Positions 17,891 through 25,959 of a DNA stretch of 57,428 bases are shown here, piece by piece. The first letter of the stretch is position 1, and each line of letters opens with the position of its first letter. Below the pieces are notes generated by a model. The model had not been told where the DNA came from, did not search any database, and saw nothing but the letters and a program-made list of their open reading frames with translations. Source of the stretch: a virus (taxonomy: Duplodnaviria; Caudoviricetes); the IMG/VR virus record IMGVR_UViG_3300046786_000092, positions 1-57,428 of that record. One strand, written 5' to 3'. The translations under genes and the position numbers were made by a program.

Positions 17891-19531
17891 ATGGGACGCA
17901 ATACTACAACCCCTAGCCCACAGTCACTCGATAGGTTTTCTATTGGTGAGATTCAAGATTTATCAGGTGTAGCAGATTTATATAATGCTGGCACATCAAA
18001 ATGGATGAAGTCAAATACATTTGTGGATGGTGCGTCTTTATCGTCTGCTACAAAAGCAAGCATTGCGGCTTTGCCTACTGCTTCTAGCCAAATTCTAATT
18101 GAATCTACTGCAGAAACATTTATAGATCAAAACTACCATCCTTTTACGATGGTACAAACTCAACCAGCAACCATAGGGACAACAACAGTTTATCCCTGTG
18201 CTTTTAATGGTAGTACTCAATTTGTTTATGTAGTAAATAATTCTGGAGCACAATTAGTAAACACTGGAATGACCTGTTTCACTTGGGGCGGTCAGGGTGC
18301 AGAGCAAACAATCGTTACAAATGGAACAACTTTTTTCCAATATAGCAGAGCAAGCACAACTGCTTTTCAATGCCGAACATCTACCGATGGTTTAACTTGG
18401 ACATCCCAAAGTTTGACTGGAATGCCATCAACTTATAGCATGGACGGTAATGCAAAAATACACGGTGCAGGAGGCGGTGCTTATAGGCTTCCTTATGGCA
18501 CATTTATGAATTCCGATACTGTTGGAAGCTATGGAACTTTTGGTGTGTATTGGTGCGGTGCTAGATTTTTAGCTATTGGTTTTGATTCTTCCTATTACTA
18601 TACTAGTTTATCAACAGATGGCTTAAGTTGGGGTGGTAATCAAAACACAACAGTCTTAGGATCATCAACAGCTAATCGTTCTTATCAATTATTTTTCTAT
18701 CGTAGTGGTAATTATTGCGTATTAATGATTGGTACTACTCATTACAGATATTCATCTGATGGTGGTATTACTTGGAATGCAATGACTGTTACATCTGGTG
18801 CAAATGCTTTATCTGCAAGTTATGGAATCACTAGAAATCAGTCTGATCCATTGAAATTTATTTTGTGGAATGGATCAAGCGCACCAAGATATTCTGCAGA
18901 TGGTGGTGTGACTATTTCTGGCGATAGACCTTTTGGAGTTTCAGTTCCTTCTTCTATTGTTTATGTTGGAAATACTGTTTTAGTTTCAGACTCAGCCGGA
19001 GCTTACAAATCTACTGATAATGGATCAACATGGACAGCCATTAGCACTTGGCCTAGTGGAACTCTTGGATTTGGTGGATATTTCCTATACGATGGTTATC
19101 GTTATTACTTTGTTGTGTATGGTCAGGCACAAGTTCTTACATCAACAGATGCATCAACTTGGACATTAAGAACCCTAACAACAAACACTGGAACAACAAG
19201 CATCAAAGGTAACTTTTCTTTTGATACAAATGTTGTTTGTATTCAAGCCCAGTCCTACTTAATATCATCAACTGATGGTGGGGTTACTTGGCAAACGGCC
19301 TATGTAAGTTCTACACCTCCCGGATCAACCTACTCTGGTCAGAATTGGTACACAACAACAAATGGTGGTGGTTTTGTGAACTATGGTAGTGGATTCTCAG
19401 ACGATAATGGTGGTGCAGCGGCTTCATTCTCTAAAGCCTCTGTAGTGGCTGGCGGTTCTAAATACAAGATTACAAGTTCTACTATTACACCTATTCGTAC
19501 AAATGCATATGCTTATGTGAGGGTTGAATAA
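17891..19531 (+). CDS. Receptor-binding protein with Asp-box/BNR beta-propeller (copy 1)
   Basis: Multiple SxDxGxTW boxes (SSDGGITW, STDNGSTW, STDGGVTW). Confidence 0.75.
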   Translation: MGRNTTTPSPQSLDRFSIGEIQDLSGVADLYNAGTSKWMKSNTFVDGASLSSATKASIAALPTASSQILIESTAETFIDQNYHPFTMVQTQPATIGTTTVYPCAFNGSTQFVYVVNNSGAQLVNTGMTCFTWGGQGAEQTIVTNGTTFFQYSRASTTAFQCRTSTDGLTWTSQSLTGMPSTYSMDGNAKIHGAGGGAYRLPYGTFMNSDTVGSYGTFGVYWCGARFLAIGFDSSYYYTSLSTDGLSWGGNQNTTVLGSSTANRSYQLFFYRSGNYCVLMIGTTHYRYSSDGGITWNAMTVTSGANALSASYGITRNQSDPLKFILWNGSSAPRYSADGGVTISGDRPFGVSVPSSIVYVGNTVLVSDSAGAYKSTDNGSTWTAISTWPSGTLGFGGYFLYDGYRYYFVVYGQAQVLTSTDASTWTLRTLTTNTGTTSIKGNFSFDTNVVCIQAQSYLISSTDGGVTWQTAYVSSTPPGSTYSGQNWYTTTNGGGFVNYGSGFSDDNGGAAASFSKASVVAGGSKYKITSSTITPIRTNAYAYVRVE

Positions 19532-19734
19532 TGTTTTACAGATTTGATATACATGGTTTATTTGCTGGTGCTACTTCAGTAGCTGAAGAGAGAACTACAA
19601 CAGTAGCTCCTCCTGATGACCATTCTAAACAATGGAATTGGAATGGGTATAACTGGGTTGGATTACCTCTTGATTGGAAATATGTTCAGCCTGAGTATGT
19701 TCCAGTTGTTGAAGAAACACCACCTACGGAGTAA
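19531..19734 (+). CDS. Putative fibre assembly chaperone (copy 1)
   Basis: TTVAPP...WNWNGYNWV pattern resembling Tfa-type chaperones. Confidence 0.6.
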   Translation: MFYRFDIHGLFAGATSVAEERTTTVAPPDDHSKQWNWNGYNWVGLPLDWKYVQPEYVPVVEETPPTE

Positions 19735-19736
19735 CA

Positions 19737-20009
19737 ATGTCTAAAGCAAGAACGCTAGGTAACTTTGTAAGTAACAGCAATCCACTGTCTGATGGAGTGA
19801 TATCAGCCAGTGAAGTGTCTGGCTTGTCCACTGTGGCTACATCTGGAGCCTATGCTGACTTGTCTGGAAAGCCGGGAACAAATGATTTTCTTCCTTCGCA
19901 GACTGGAAACAATGGTAAGTATTTAACAACAGATGGGTCTTCACCATCATGGTCTACTGTAACTACAGGACCATCAGCTATTGAAGTATTTTTCTACGCT
20001 AACGCATAA
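19737..20009 (+). CDS. Short fibre adaptor duplicating the C-terminus of the 732-aa fibre
   Basis: GAYADLSGKP...FLPxQTGNNGKYLTTDGS shared with 15358..17556. Confidence 0.8.
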   Translation: MSKARTLGNFVSNSNPLSDGVISASEVSGLSTVATSGAYADLSGKPGTNDFLPSQTGNNGKYLTTDGSSPSWSTVTTGPSAIEVFFYANA

Positions 20010-20018
20010 GGAACAGAA

Positions 20019-20324
20019 ATGACAACAGGACTTTTAGGTACTGCTGATTTAGCAGCAGCAACCAACACAACAGTATGTACACTGCCAGCAGGTAGTCAAG
20101 CTTTTACCATTAACATTTGTAATCGTAATTCTGCTAGTGTTGTTGTGCGTGTAGCACCAATGTCTACAACAGGAACACCTGCTGCCTCAGAATGGTTTGT
20201 CTACGGTGACACTATCTTAGCAAATAAAACTATGCAAGTTTCTGGAATTGTTTCTGGTTCTGCAAAGAATGTTGTTGTTTATTCAGATACTGCTAATGTA
20301 TCTGTCAATGTTTACGGAGTTTAA
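20019..20324 (+). CDS. Small fibre-associated protein (copy 2)
   Basis: 101 aa; paralog of 17572..17886 (AATNTTV, AKNVVVYSD). Confidence 0.8.
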   Translation: MTTGLLGTADLAAATNTTVCTLPAGSQAFTINICNRNSASVVVRVAPMSTTGTPAASEWFVYGDTILANKTMQVSGIVSGSAKNVVVYSDTANVSVNVYGV

Positions 20325-20326
20325 TT

Positions 20327-21973
20327 ATGGCATTATCAAATCCATCCGCTGCTGACCTGAGCAGATATTCAGTTGGTGAAATTACACAGCTTGTTGGAGC
20401 ACCAGTTTTTTATAATGCTGGCTCATCTAAATGGTTGCAAACTGGTAGTTATACTGCAGCATCTAATCTTGGTGCAGCAGCTAAGACAAACTTGGCTGCT
20501 GGATCAACAGCAGCTAACATTAACATTTCAATGTTAAGTAATGCGGAATCACTTTTATATAGTAATAATCCACAATCTCCACTACCTCCACAAAGAATTT
20601 CTTCTTCTGGTGTAACTGTATATCCTTGTGCAAGTGGAACTCAATTAACAAGTGTTTTGACAGTTACTAGTGCAGGTGCGCAAGTAATTCCAACTGGACT
20701 AACTGCTGTTAATGCTAGTAGTTCTGCAGGAACAAATATTGTAATTGCAAGTAATAACACTACTATTTTTGCTTATGTTATTAGCACTTCTTCTAGTTTT
20801 GCTGCAAAAAGTACAACAGATGGTATTAACTGGTCTTCTGTAACTCTGACTGGTTTACCTACTGTTTCTTCTTTGGGTTCAGTTAGATCATGGGGAAGTG
20901 GTAGTTTAACTTTAAATTATCCTAATGGAAGACAAAGAGCGGATGCTGGTAGATATATGGTCTTCTGGTGTGGTGCTAGATTTATTATGGTTATACCAGA
21001 TGGTAGTGGTTATTATATAACTTCAACATCTACAAATGGTATTGCTTGGAGTGGAGATACTACTCTAACAGTAATAAACAATAATGCTGTTGCTACAACA
21101 AATAGTTTTGATTTTTATAGAAATGGAAATAATTGCTATCTTCAAGTTGGTTCTGTCTCTAGATATACAACAGATGGTGGTATAACTTGGGCAGACTGCT
21201 CTAGCATGAGTTTCTATGGAAATGGTTATAACCAAAAAACAAATGCTACTACACCAGCAAAATTGTTTTATACCAATCAAAGCACAACTGCTTTATTTAG
21301 TGCAGATAGTGGTGCTACTTGGACTTCAAGAACTTTACCACTATCAACAAACTCTGATAGTACTTTAGCATATAGAGGTTCTACAGTACTTATTGGCAGG
21401 AGTAATGGAGTTCAAAGGTCTGTAGATGATGGTGCAACATGGACACCAGTTATTTTTCCTGCGGGAACTTTAAGCAATTATGGTTTTGTGTTTGGAGATG
21501 CAAATAGATTCTATTTTATTCCTTATACACAACCACAAATTTTAACTTCTACAGATGGTATTACTTGGACTATTGTTTCAGTTGCAACTGGAGGATTTGT
21601 AGTATCAGGAGGATGGGGTGGAATTATTTCATTTAGTTCAAACAATGTAGTACTTGTTGGATATAACAATTCTTCAGGATATGACATTTGTTATTTAACA
21701 ACAGATGGTGGTGTTACTTGGAAGGTAACAACAATAACTAATCAACAGAACACAACTAATGAATTATTTATTGGAGATGCGTTTATAACTCCAGATGGTT
21801 TAGGTGGTGGTACATCTGTATTTGGTGGATATGGTGGTGGCTATTATGGACAAACTCAATCTAATGTCTGTAGTGCATCGACTGTTGCATCAGGCGGTGG
21901 TTTTTATAGAACTGGAAATACTGCAGTAACTGCAACAAATTCTGGTGCTAGTGTTTATGCGAGGGTGGAATAA
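20327..21973 (+). CDS. Receptor-binding protein with Asp-box/BNR beta-propeller (copy 2)
   Basis: TTDGGITW, SADSGATW, SVDDGATW boxes; same termini as copy 1. Confidence 0.75.
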   Translation: MALSNPSAADLSRYSVGEITQLVGAPVFYNAGSSKWLQTGSYTAASNLGAAAKTNLAAGSTAANINISMLSNAESLLYSNNPQSPLPPQRISSSGVTVYPCASGTQLTSVLTVTSAGAQVIPTGLTAVNASSSAGTNIVIASNNTTIFAYVISTSSSFAAKSTTDGINWSSVTLTGLPTVSSLGSVRSWGSGSLTLNYPNGRQRADAGRYMVFWCGARFIMVIPDGSGYYITSTSTNGIAWSGDTTLTVINNNAVATTNSFDFYRNGNNCYLQVGSVSRYTTDGGITWADCSSMSFYGNGYNQKTNATTPAKLFYTNQSTTALFSADSGATWTSRTLPLSTNSDSTLAYRGSTVLIGRSNGVQRSVDDGATWTPVIFPAGTLSNYGFVFGDANRFYFIPYTQPQILTSTDGITWTIVSVATGGFVVSGGWGGIISFSSNNVVLVGYNNSSGYDICYLTTDGGVTWKVTTITNQQNTTNELFIGDAFITPDGLGGGTSVFGGYGGGYYGQTQSNVCSASTVASGGGFYRTGNTAVTATNSGASVYARVE

Positions 21974-21975
21974 TC

Positions 21976-22203
21976 ATGGTTTATAACTTTAATGTCAACG
22001 GTATTTATATTAATAAAACCCGCAATCGTACAGAAAGATGTACTAATGTTGCTCCACCAGATGAGAATGAAACAGCAACATGGGTATGGAATCATGTGAA
22101 TTGGGTGGCTATGCCTTTGGGTTGGAAGCCTGAAGAGGTGATGCCTAACCCTATAGAGACTCCTGTTGAAGAAACTCCTTCTGAAGAAAACCCTCCAGCA
22201 TAA
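21976..22203 (+). CDS. Putative fibre assembly chaperone (copy 2)
   Basis: Paralog of 19531..19734. Confidence 0.6.
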   Translation: MVYNFNVNGIYINKTRNRTERCTNVAPPDENETATWVWNHVNWVAMPLGWKPEEVMPNPIETPVEETPSEENPPA

Positions 22204-22211
22204 GGTAGTGT

Positions 22212-22439
22212 ATGACCGAAGAAGTTACACACTCCCAAATCTACGAACGCCTGTGCGCTGTTGAAGCAAAGGTGGACAGTCTAGACAAGAACACACAAGC
22301 TGTAGTAACTGCATTTAATGCAGCCTCTGGAGCTTTTGTAGTTCTTGAGTGGATTGCTAGAGCAGTGAAGCCCATTCTAGTTATTGGTGCTTTCTGTGGT
22401 GCTATATGGCTTGCTATCGAAAACAAGTTGCATCAGTAA
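22212..22439 (+). CDS. Small membrane protein (holin-like)
   Basis: N-terminal coiled coil plus C-terminal hydrophobic segment. Confidence 0.6.
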   Translation: MTEEVTHSQIYERLCAVEAKVDSLDKNTQAVVTAFNAASGAFVVLEWIARAVKPILVIGAFCGAIWLAIENKLHQ

Positions 22440-22570
22440 TCTTTTTATTATTAATATCTTCCCCTATTTCGTCCAAGGAGGAAAAATATAGGTGTGTCCG
22501 ATGGACATGGACAGGTGATGTATACCACCGTAAAGTAGTATGTACTGAATGGAAAAAGGTTGATCGATGA
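22406..22570 (+). CDS. Small secreted or membrane peptide, not in ORF track
   Basis: Hand-translated 54 aa: hydrophobic leader then YRCVRWTWTGDVYHRKVVCTEW; ATGA coupling to next gene. Confidence 0.6.
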   Translation: MACYRKQVASVIFLLLISSPISSKEEKYRCVRWTWTGDVYHRKVVCTEWKKVDR

Positions 22571-23067
22571 TTGATCCAATGACAGCCCTAGCTGGCATAC
22601 AGTCAGCAATCAGCATGGTCAAGAAGGCCAGCAAAGTAGCTAATGATTTAAGCTCCCTTGCACCAATGATTGGCAAGATGTTTGACGCTAAGAGTGTTGC
22701 TACTAAAGCAATGCTTGAAGCTAAGAGAGATAAGAAGGGTTCCAACATGGGAACTGCTCTTCAAATTGAAATGGCTCTTGAACAGGCCAGAGCATTTGAG
22801 GAAGAGCTGAAGATGTTATTTATGCAGACAGGTAAGATTGATGTCTGGAATAAGATTAAGGCTAGACAAGCAGAGATGGATAGAGATGATGCCAAAGAGA
22901 TGGCAGCATTGAAAGCTGAAGAGAAGAGACTTAAGGAACAAGAACAAGAACAACTTGAGATGGGGTTGTTAATTGGTGGTATTTGTCTTGTTCTCTTCCT
23001 AGTATTTGTTGGTGTGAATGAGATGATGGATTTCTGTCAGACAACACATAGGTGTGGACACCGATGA
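22567..23067 (+). CDS. Coiled-coil membrane protein
   Basis: MIDPMTALA start, C-terminal transmembrane segment. Confidence 0.75.
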   Translation: MIDPMTALAGIQSAISMVKKASKVANDLSSLAPMIGKMFDAKSVATKAMLEAKRDKKGSNMGTALQIEMALEQARAFEEELKMLFMQTGKIDVWNKIKARQAEMDRDDAKEMAALKAEEKRLKEQEQEQLEMGLLIGGICLVLFLVFVGVNEMMDFCQTTHRCGHR

Positions 23068-23213
23068 ATGAATATCAGAAAACCTTTGATCTAGCTCTTA
23101 AGATTGTTATTTACGGTCTGGTTGCTTTATATTTTTTAGGTTTTCTTAAGTATCTTCCCGATGATTTATCAAACAAGATTGTGGCACTTCTATTGGGAAA
23201 GATTGGGTTATGA
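23064..23213 (+). CDS. 49-aa membrane peptide, not in ORF track
   Basis: MNEYQKTFDLALKIVIYGLVALYFLGFLKYLPDDLS...; ATGA coupling on both sides. Confidence 0.65.
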   Translation: MNEYQKTFDLALKIVIYGLVALYFLGFLKYLPDDLSNKIVALLLGKIGL

Positions 23214-23383
23214 GAGTAACTCCATACCAATATAATATAGAGATGCTGCGTGAAGCACAGAGAGTAATTCATCAGCAGAACTTAAAGGCGTTTGAGAAAC
23301 TTAATCGTCAACTAGATGAGAAGCACAAAGTACAGTGTGCTAAACAAGTTTTAAAAACAAATAGTGTAGATGTTTATGTTTAG
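23210..23383 (+). CDS. 57-aa hypothetical protein, not in ORF track
   Basis: MRVTPYQYN...SVDVYV; coupled start, fills the gap to the next gene. Confidence 0.6.
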   Translation: MRVTPYQYNIEMLREAQRVIHQQNLKAFEKLNRQLDEKHKVQCAKQVLKTNSVDVYV

Positions 23384-23392
23384 GAGAAAGTT

Positions 23393-23803
23393 ATGATGGC
23401 TAAAGGTTTGGTTCCACAGCGTGGTGCAATGAAGGATATGGGTGGTTCTATTGGTGAACTAGTTGGTACTTTGTTTCTGGCTAGAGAGATTGCTCATAGA
23501 GCACACTTGAAGACTACCAGCTTTGCTGAACACAAAACACTGGAACAGTTTTATGATAGTGTTGTTGAAATTGCTGACAGCATTACTGAAGCATATCAAG
23601 GTAGAAACGGCATCATCGATATTCCTTTCATGCCTAATGATTACAACGGTTCTATTGTAGACACCATTCAGGGATTGTTAGACTGCGTTGAAGGTATGCG
23701 CTACACCGCTGTTCCACAAGAAGAGACAGCCATTCAGAATTTGATTGATGAAGCTGTTGCTTTGTTCTTGAGCACTCTATATAAACTCAAGCAATTGAAA
23801 TGA
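23393..23803 (+). CDS. Ferritin/Dps-like protein (DUF5856-like)
   Basis: AHRAHLKTTSFAEHKTLEQFY...ADSITEAYQG four-helix metal-ligand pattern. Confidence 0.7.
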   Translation: MMAKGLVPQRGAMKDMGGSIGELVGTLFLAREIAHRAHLKTTSFAEHKTLEQFYDSVVEIADSITEAYQGRNGIIDIPFMPNDYNGSIVDTIQGLLDCVEGMRYTAVPQEETAIQNLIDEAVALFLSTLYKLKQLK

Positions 23804-24039
23804 AGTACATCGTTGTCTTATGCTTGATGTTGCTGGCGGGGTGCGAAGACCGTTATCGTTACTACTGTCAAGACCCTGACCATTTTCATGCTGAACAATG
23901 TCAGAAGCCACGATGCCAGTTTACTCAGACATGTCCTGAGTATTTAGTAGCACCTGTATTGGAGAAACAAGTTGAGAGAACTTCTGATAAGACTGTTGAC
24001 ACCCCAACCCCAACAACCAAAACCAAAGCTAACCCCTGA
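23800..24039 (+). CDS. Cys-rich lipoprotein
   Basis: Lipobox LLAGC; CEDRYRYYCQDP...C..P.C....TC. Confidence 0.75.
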   Translation: MKYIVVLCLMLLAGCEDRYRYYCQDPDHFHAEQCQKPRCQFTQTCPEYLVAPVLEKQVERTSDKTVDTPTPTTKTKANP

Positions 24040-24529
24040 GGAAATTGAGGTAAGGATTTGGGGCTTCGTAGTGGTGGCTATTACAGTCATCCTATTCGGC
24101 ATTGTGTTTGCTCTTCTTTATTCTGTGACCTTTGTGACACAGCCAATCAAGAGTATGGCTCCAATTGACCAAGCCTACACCAAGATGCTCAACGACATTG
24201 TGTTGCTCATCGTAGGTGGCATTGGTGGTATTGTAGGTAAGAGAGCTGTTAACACAGCACAAAATGCTTTCAGATCACCTCAGCCACCAATGATGTCTCA
24301 GTCATGCGGTGGCTACGGTGGTGGTTATGGTATGCCTAACAGCAGTTATGCTCCTCCTCAGTCAGCCTATGGCCTACCTAGTCAGCCCTTTGGTGCTATG
24401 CCTGTGTGGAAGAACCCAGAGTTGGATGAAAGTTGGACACCCGGTCCTCCCCCAACAACACCACCAGAACATCTAGAACCTGATCATGAGCGTGAGGAAA
24501 TTGCAGCAGCCAGAAAAGAGGTGGAATGA
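23972..24529 (+). CDS. Two-TM membrane protein (holin candidate)
   Basis: Two hydrophobic helices, GGIGG motif, Pro-rich tail; in lysis block. Confidence 0.65.
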   Translation: MRELLIRLLTPQPQQPKPKLTPEEIEVRIWGFVVVAITVILFGIVFALLYSVTFVTQPIKSMAPIDQAYTKMLNDIVLLIVGGIGGIVGKRAVNTAQNAFRSPQPPMMSQSCGGYGGGYGMPNSSYAPPQSAYGLPSQPFGAMPVWKNPELDESWTPGPPPTTPPEHLEPDHEREEIAAARKEVE

Positions 24530-24999
24530 TGTTTCCTATTCCACTTCCTTGGATTATTGTTAGTGTACTAATTGCTTTGTTTGGTACATACCGTGGTGGT
24601 TATCACTTCGGTTGGACCGACAGAGATCAAGAGATGCAAATTGAAATTGCTAAGAAGAATGAAGAAGCTCGTGAACTAGAGAAGAACATGACTTCTAAAC
24701 TTGCTGATAAAGAAGTAGCATTAAGAAAGGCAAAGAATGAAATATCTAAGAAACAGTCTGCTATGCGTGAGCTTGCTAACACTGGCAGGTTGCGCCTCCC
24801 CACCTCCGGTTGTGTACAAGCCAGCTCAGGTTCCACCCCTGCCAATGGAAATAGCAGAGACGAGCCAAGCGAACTTGAGCGACAGACTATTAACACTCTT
24901 ATCGACATCGTTGCCGAAGGAGACAAAGCCATTGCCAAACACGCAGCCTGTGTCGCAGCCTACAACGAAGTGAGGGAATCTATCAATGGTAAACGCTGA
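24526..24999 (+). CDS. i-spanin (Rz-like)
   Basis: N-terminal TM, coiled coil, GRLRL motif, embedded lipoprotein gene. Confidence 0.8.
   Translation: MMFPIPLPWIIVSVLIALFGTYRGGYHFGWTDRDQEMQIEIAKKNEEARELEKNMTSKLADKEVALRKAKNEISKKQSAMRELANTGRLRLPTSGCVQASSGSTPANGNSRDEPSELERQTINTLIDIVAEGDKAIAKHAACVAAYNEVRESINGKR
24737..24973 (+). CDS. o-spanin (Rz1-like), embedded in i-spanin in another frame
   Basis: Lipobox LAGC followed by Pro-rich segment. Confidence 0.8.
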   Translation: MKYLRNSLLCVSLLTLAGCASPPPVVYKPAQVPPLPMEIAETSQANLSDRLLTLLSTSLPKETKPLPNTQPVSQPTTK

Positions 25000-25600
25000 T
25001 CAATTACGACAACTACACATTGATCCTTCTTTGGTAGATCCTTTCAATGAAACCTTCCAACGGTTTGGTATCACTACACCAGCACAACAGGCTTCATGGA
25101 TTGGTCAATGTGGTCATGAGTGTGGTAACTTCCGTATCTTGGAAGAAAACCTAAACTATAAATCTGCAACATTATTGAAGCTGTTCCCTAAGACACCTAA
25201 GCGTCAATGGGGCTTTACCCCTGAGGAAGCAGCAGTCTACGAAAAACAGCCACAGAAGATTGCTAATAGGATTTACAGTAATCGTATGGGCAACAGAGAT
25301 GAAGCCTCTGGGGATGGTTGGCGGTTCCGTGGATCCGGATTTCTCCAGCTAACTGGCATGAGCAATTTTTTCCATGCCGGAGAAGCACTGGGTCAAGACT
25401 TCATCATGCAACCTGAGCTAGTCCGTACACCTATGTATGCTGCTCAAACTGCTGGTTGGTTCTGGCAGACTCATAAACTAAACATCTATGCCGATAGTGG
25501 TGACTTTGTTACAATGACAAAGCGTATTAACGGTGGTACTATTGGACTAGAAGACAGAATTAAGCACATCAATCATGCGCTTGAAGTTTTGTCAAGATGA
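24986..25600 (+). CDS. Endolysin, glycoside hydrolase family 19
   Basis: HEC..F..LEENLNY, DGWRFRGSGFLQLTG, TKRINGG..GLEDR. Confidence 0.92.
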   Translation: MVNADQLRQLHIDPSLVDPFNETFQRFGITTPAQQASWIGQCGHECGNFRILEENLNYKSATLLKLFPKTPKRQWGFTPEEAAVYEKQPQKIANRIYSNRMGNRDEASGDGWRFRGSGFLQLTGMSNFFHAGEALGQDFIMQPELVRTPMYAAQTAGWFWQTHKLNIYADSGDFVTMTKRINGGTIGLEDRIKHINHALEVLSR

Positions 25601-25629
25601 TTGACTAAGTCTAATATTTGTGGTATGAC
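25601..25629 (+). promoter_or_regulatory. sigma70-like promoter for ejection-protein block
   Basis: TTGACT, 17-nt spacer ending TGG, TATGAC. Confidence 0.45.
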
Positions 25630-25650
25630 AAGGTATAAAGATATATAATT

Positions 25651-25959
25651 ATGTTACCCTCTTCTCTCAGCATCATCGGTAGAGAAGTACCTGTAAAGGT
25701 TGTGGATGAATTACCTAATCAATTAGGTGAATTTAGTTACGAAGAATATGTAATTAAAATCAAGTCTGGTCAGCACCCTCTAGCGGAAGCGGATACATTG
25801 CTACATGAATGTCTCCACGCTATAGATGACTGCTTCCAATTAAACATGTCAGAAAGGCAAGTGTATTGTATGGCTGTAGGAGTGATAGCACTCTTAAGAG
25901 ATAACCAAGATATGCTACCTTATTTAACTGAAGCAATAGAGAAACCAAGAAACATATGA
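25651..25959 (+). CDS. Small HExxH zinc metallopeptidase-like protein
   Basis: DTLLHECLHAI and downstream E (SERQV). Confidence 0.7.
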   Translation: MLPSSLSIIGREVPVKVVDELPNQLGEFSYEEYVIKIKSGQHPLAEADTLLHECLHAIDDCFQLNMSERQVYCMAVGVIALLRDNQDMLPYLTEAIEKPRNI

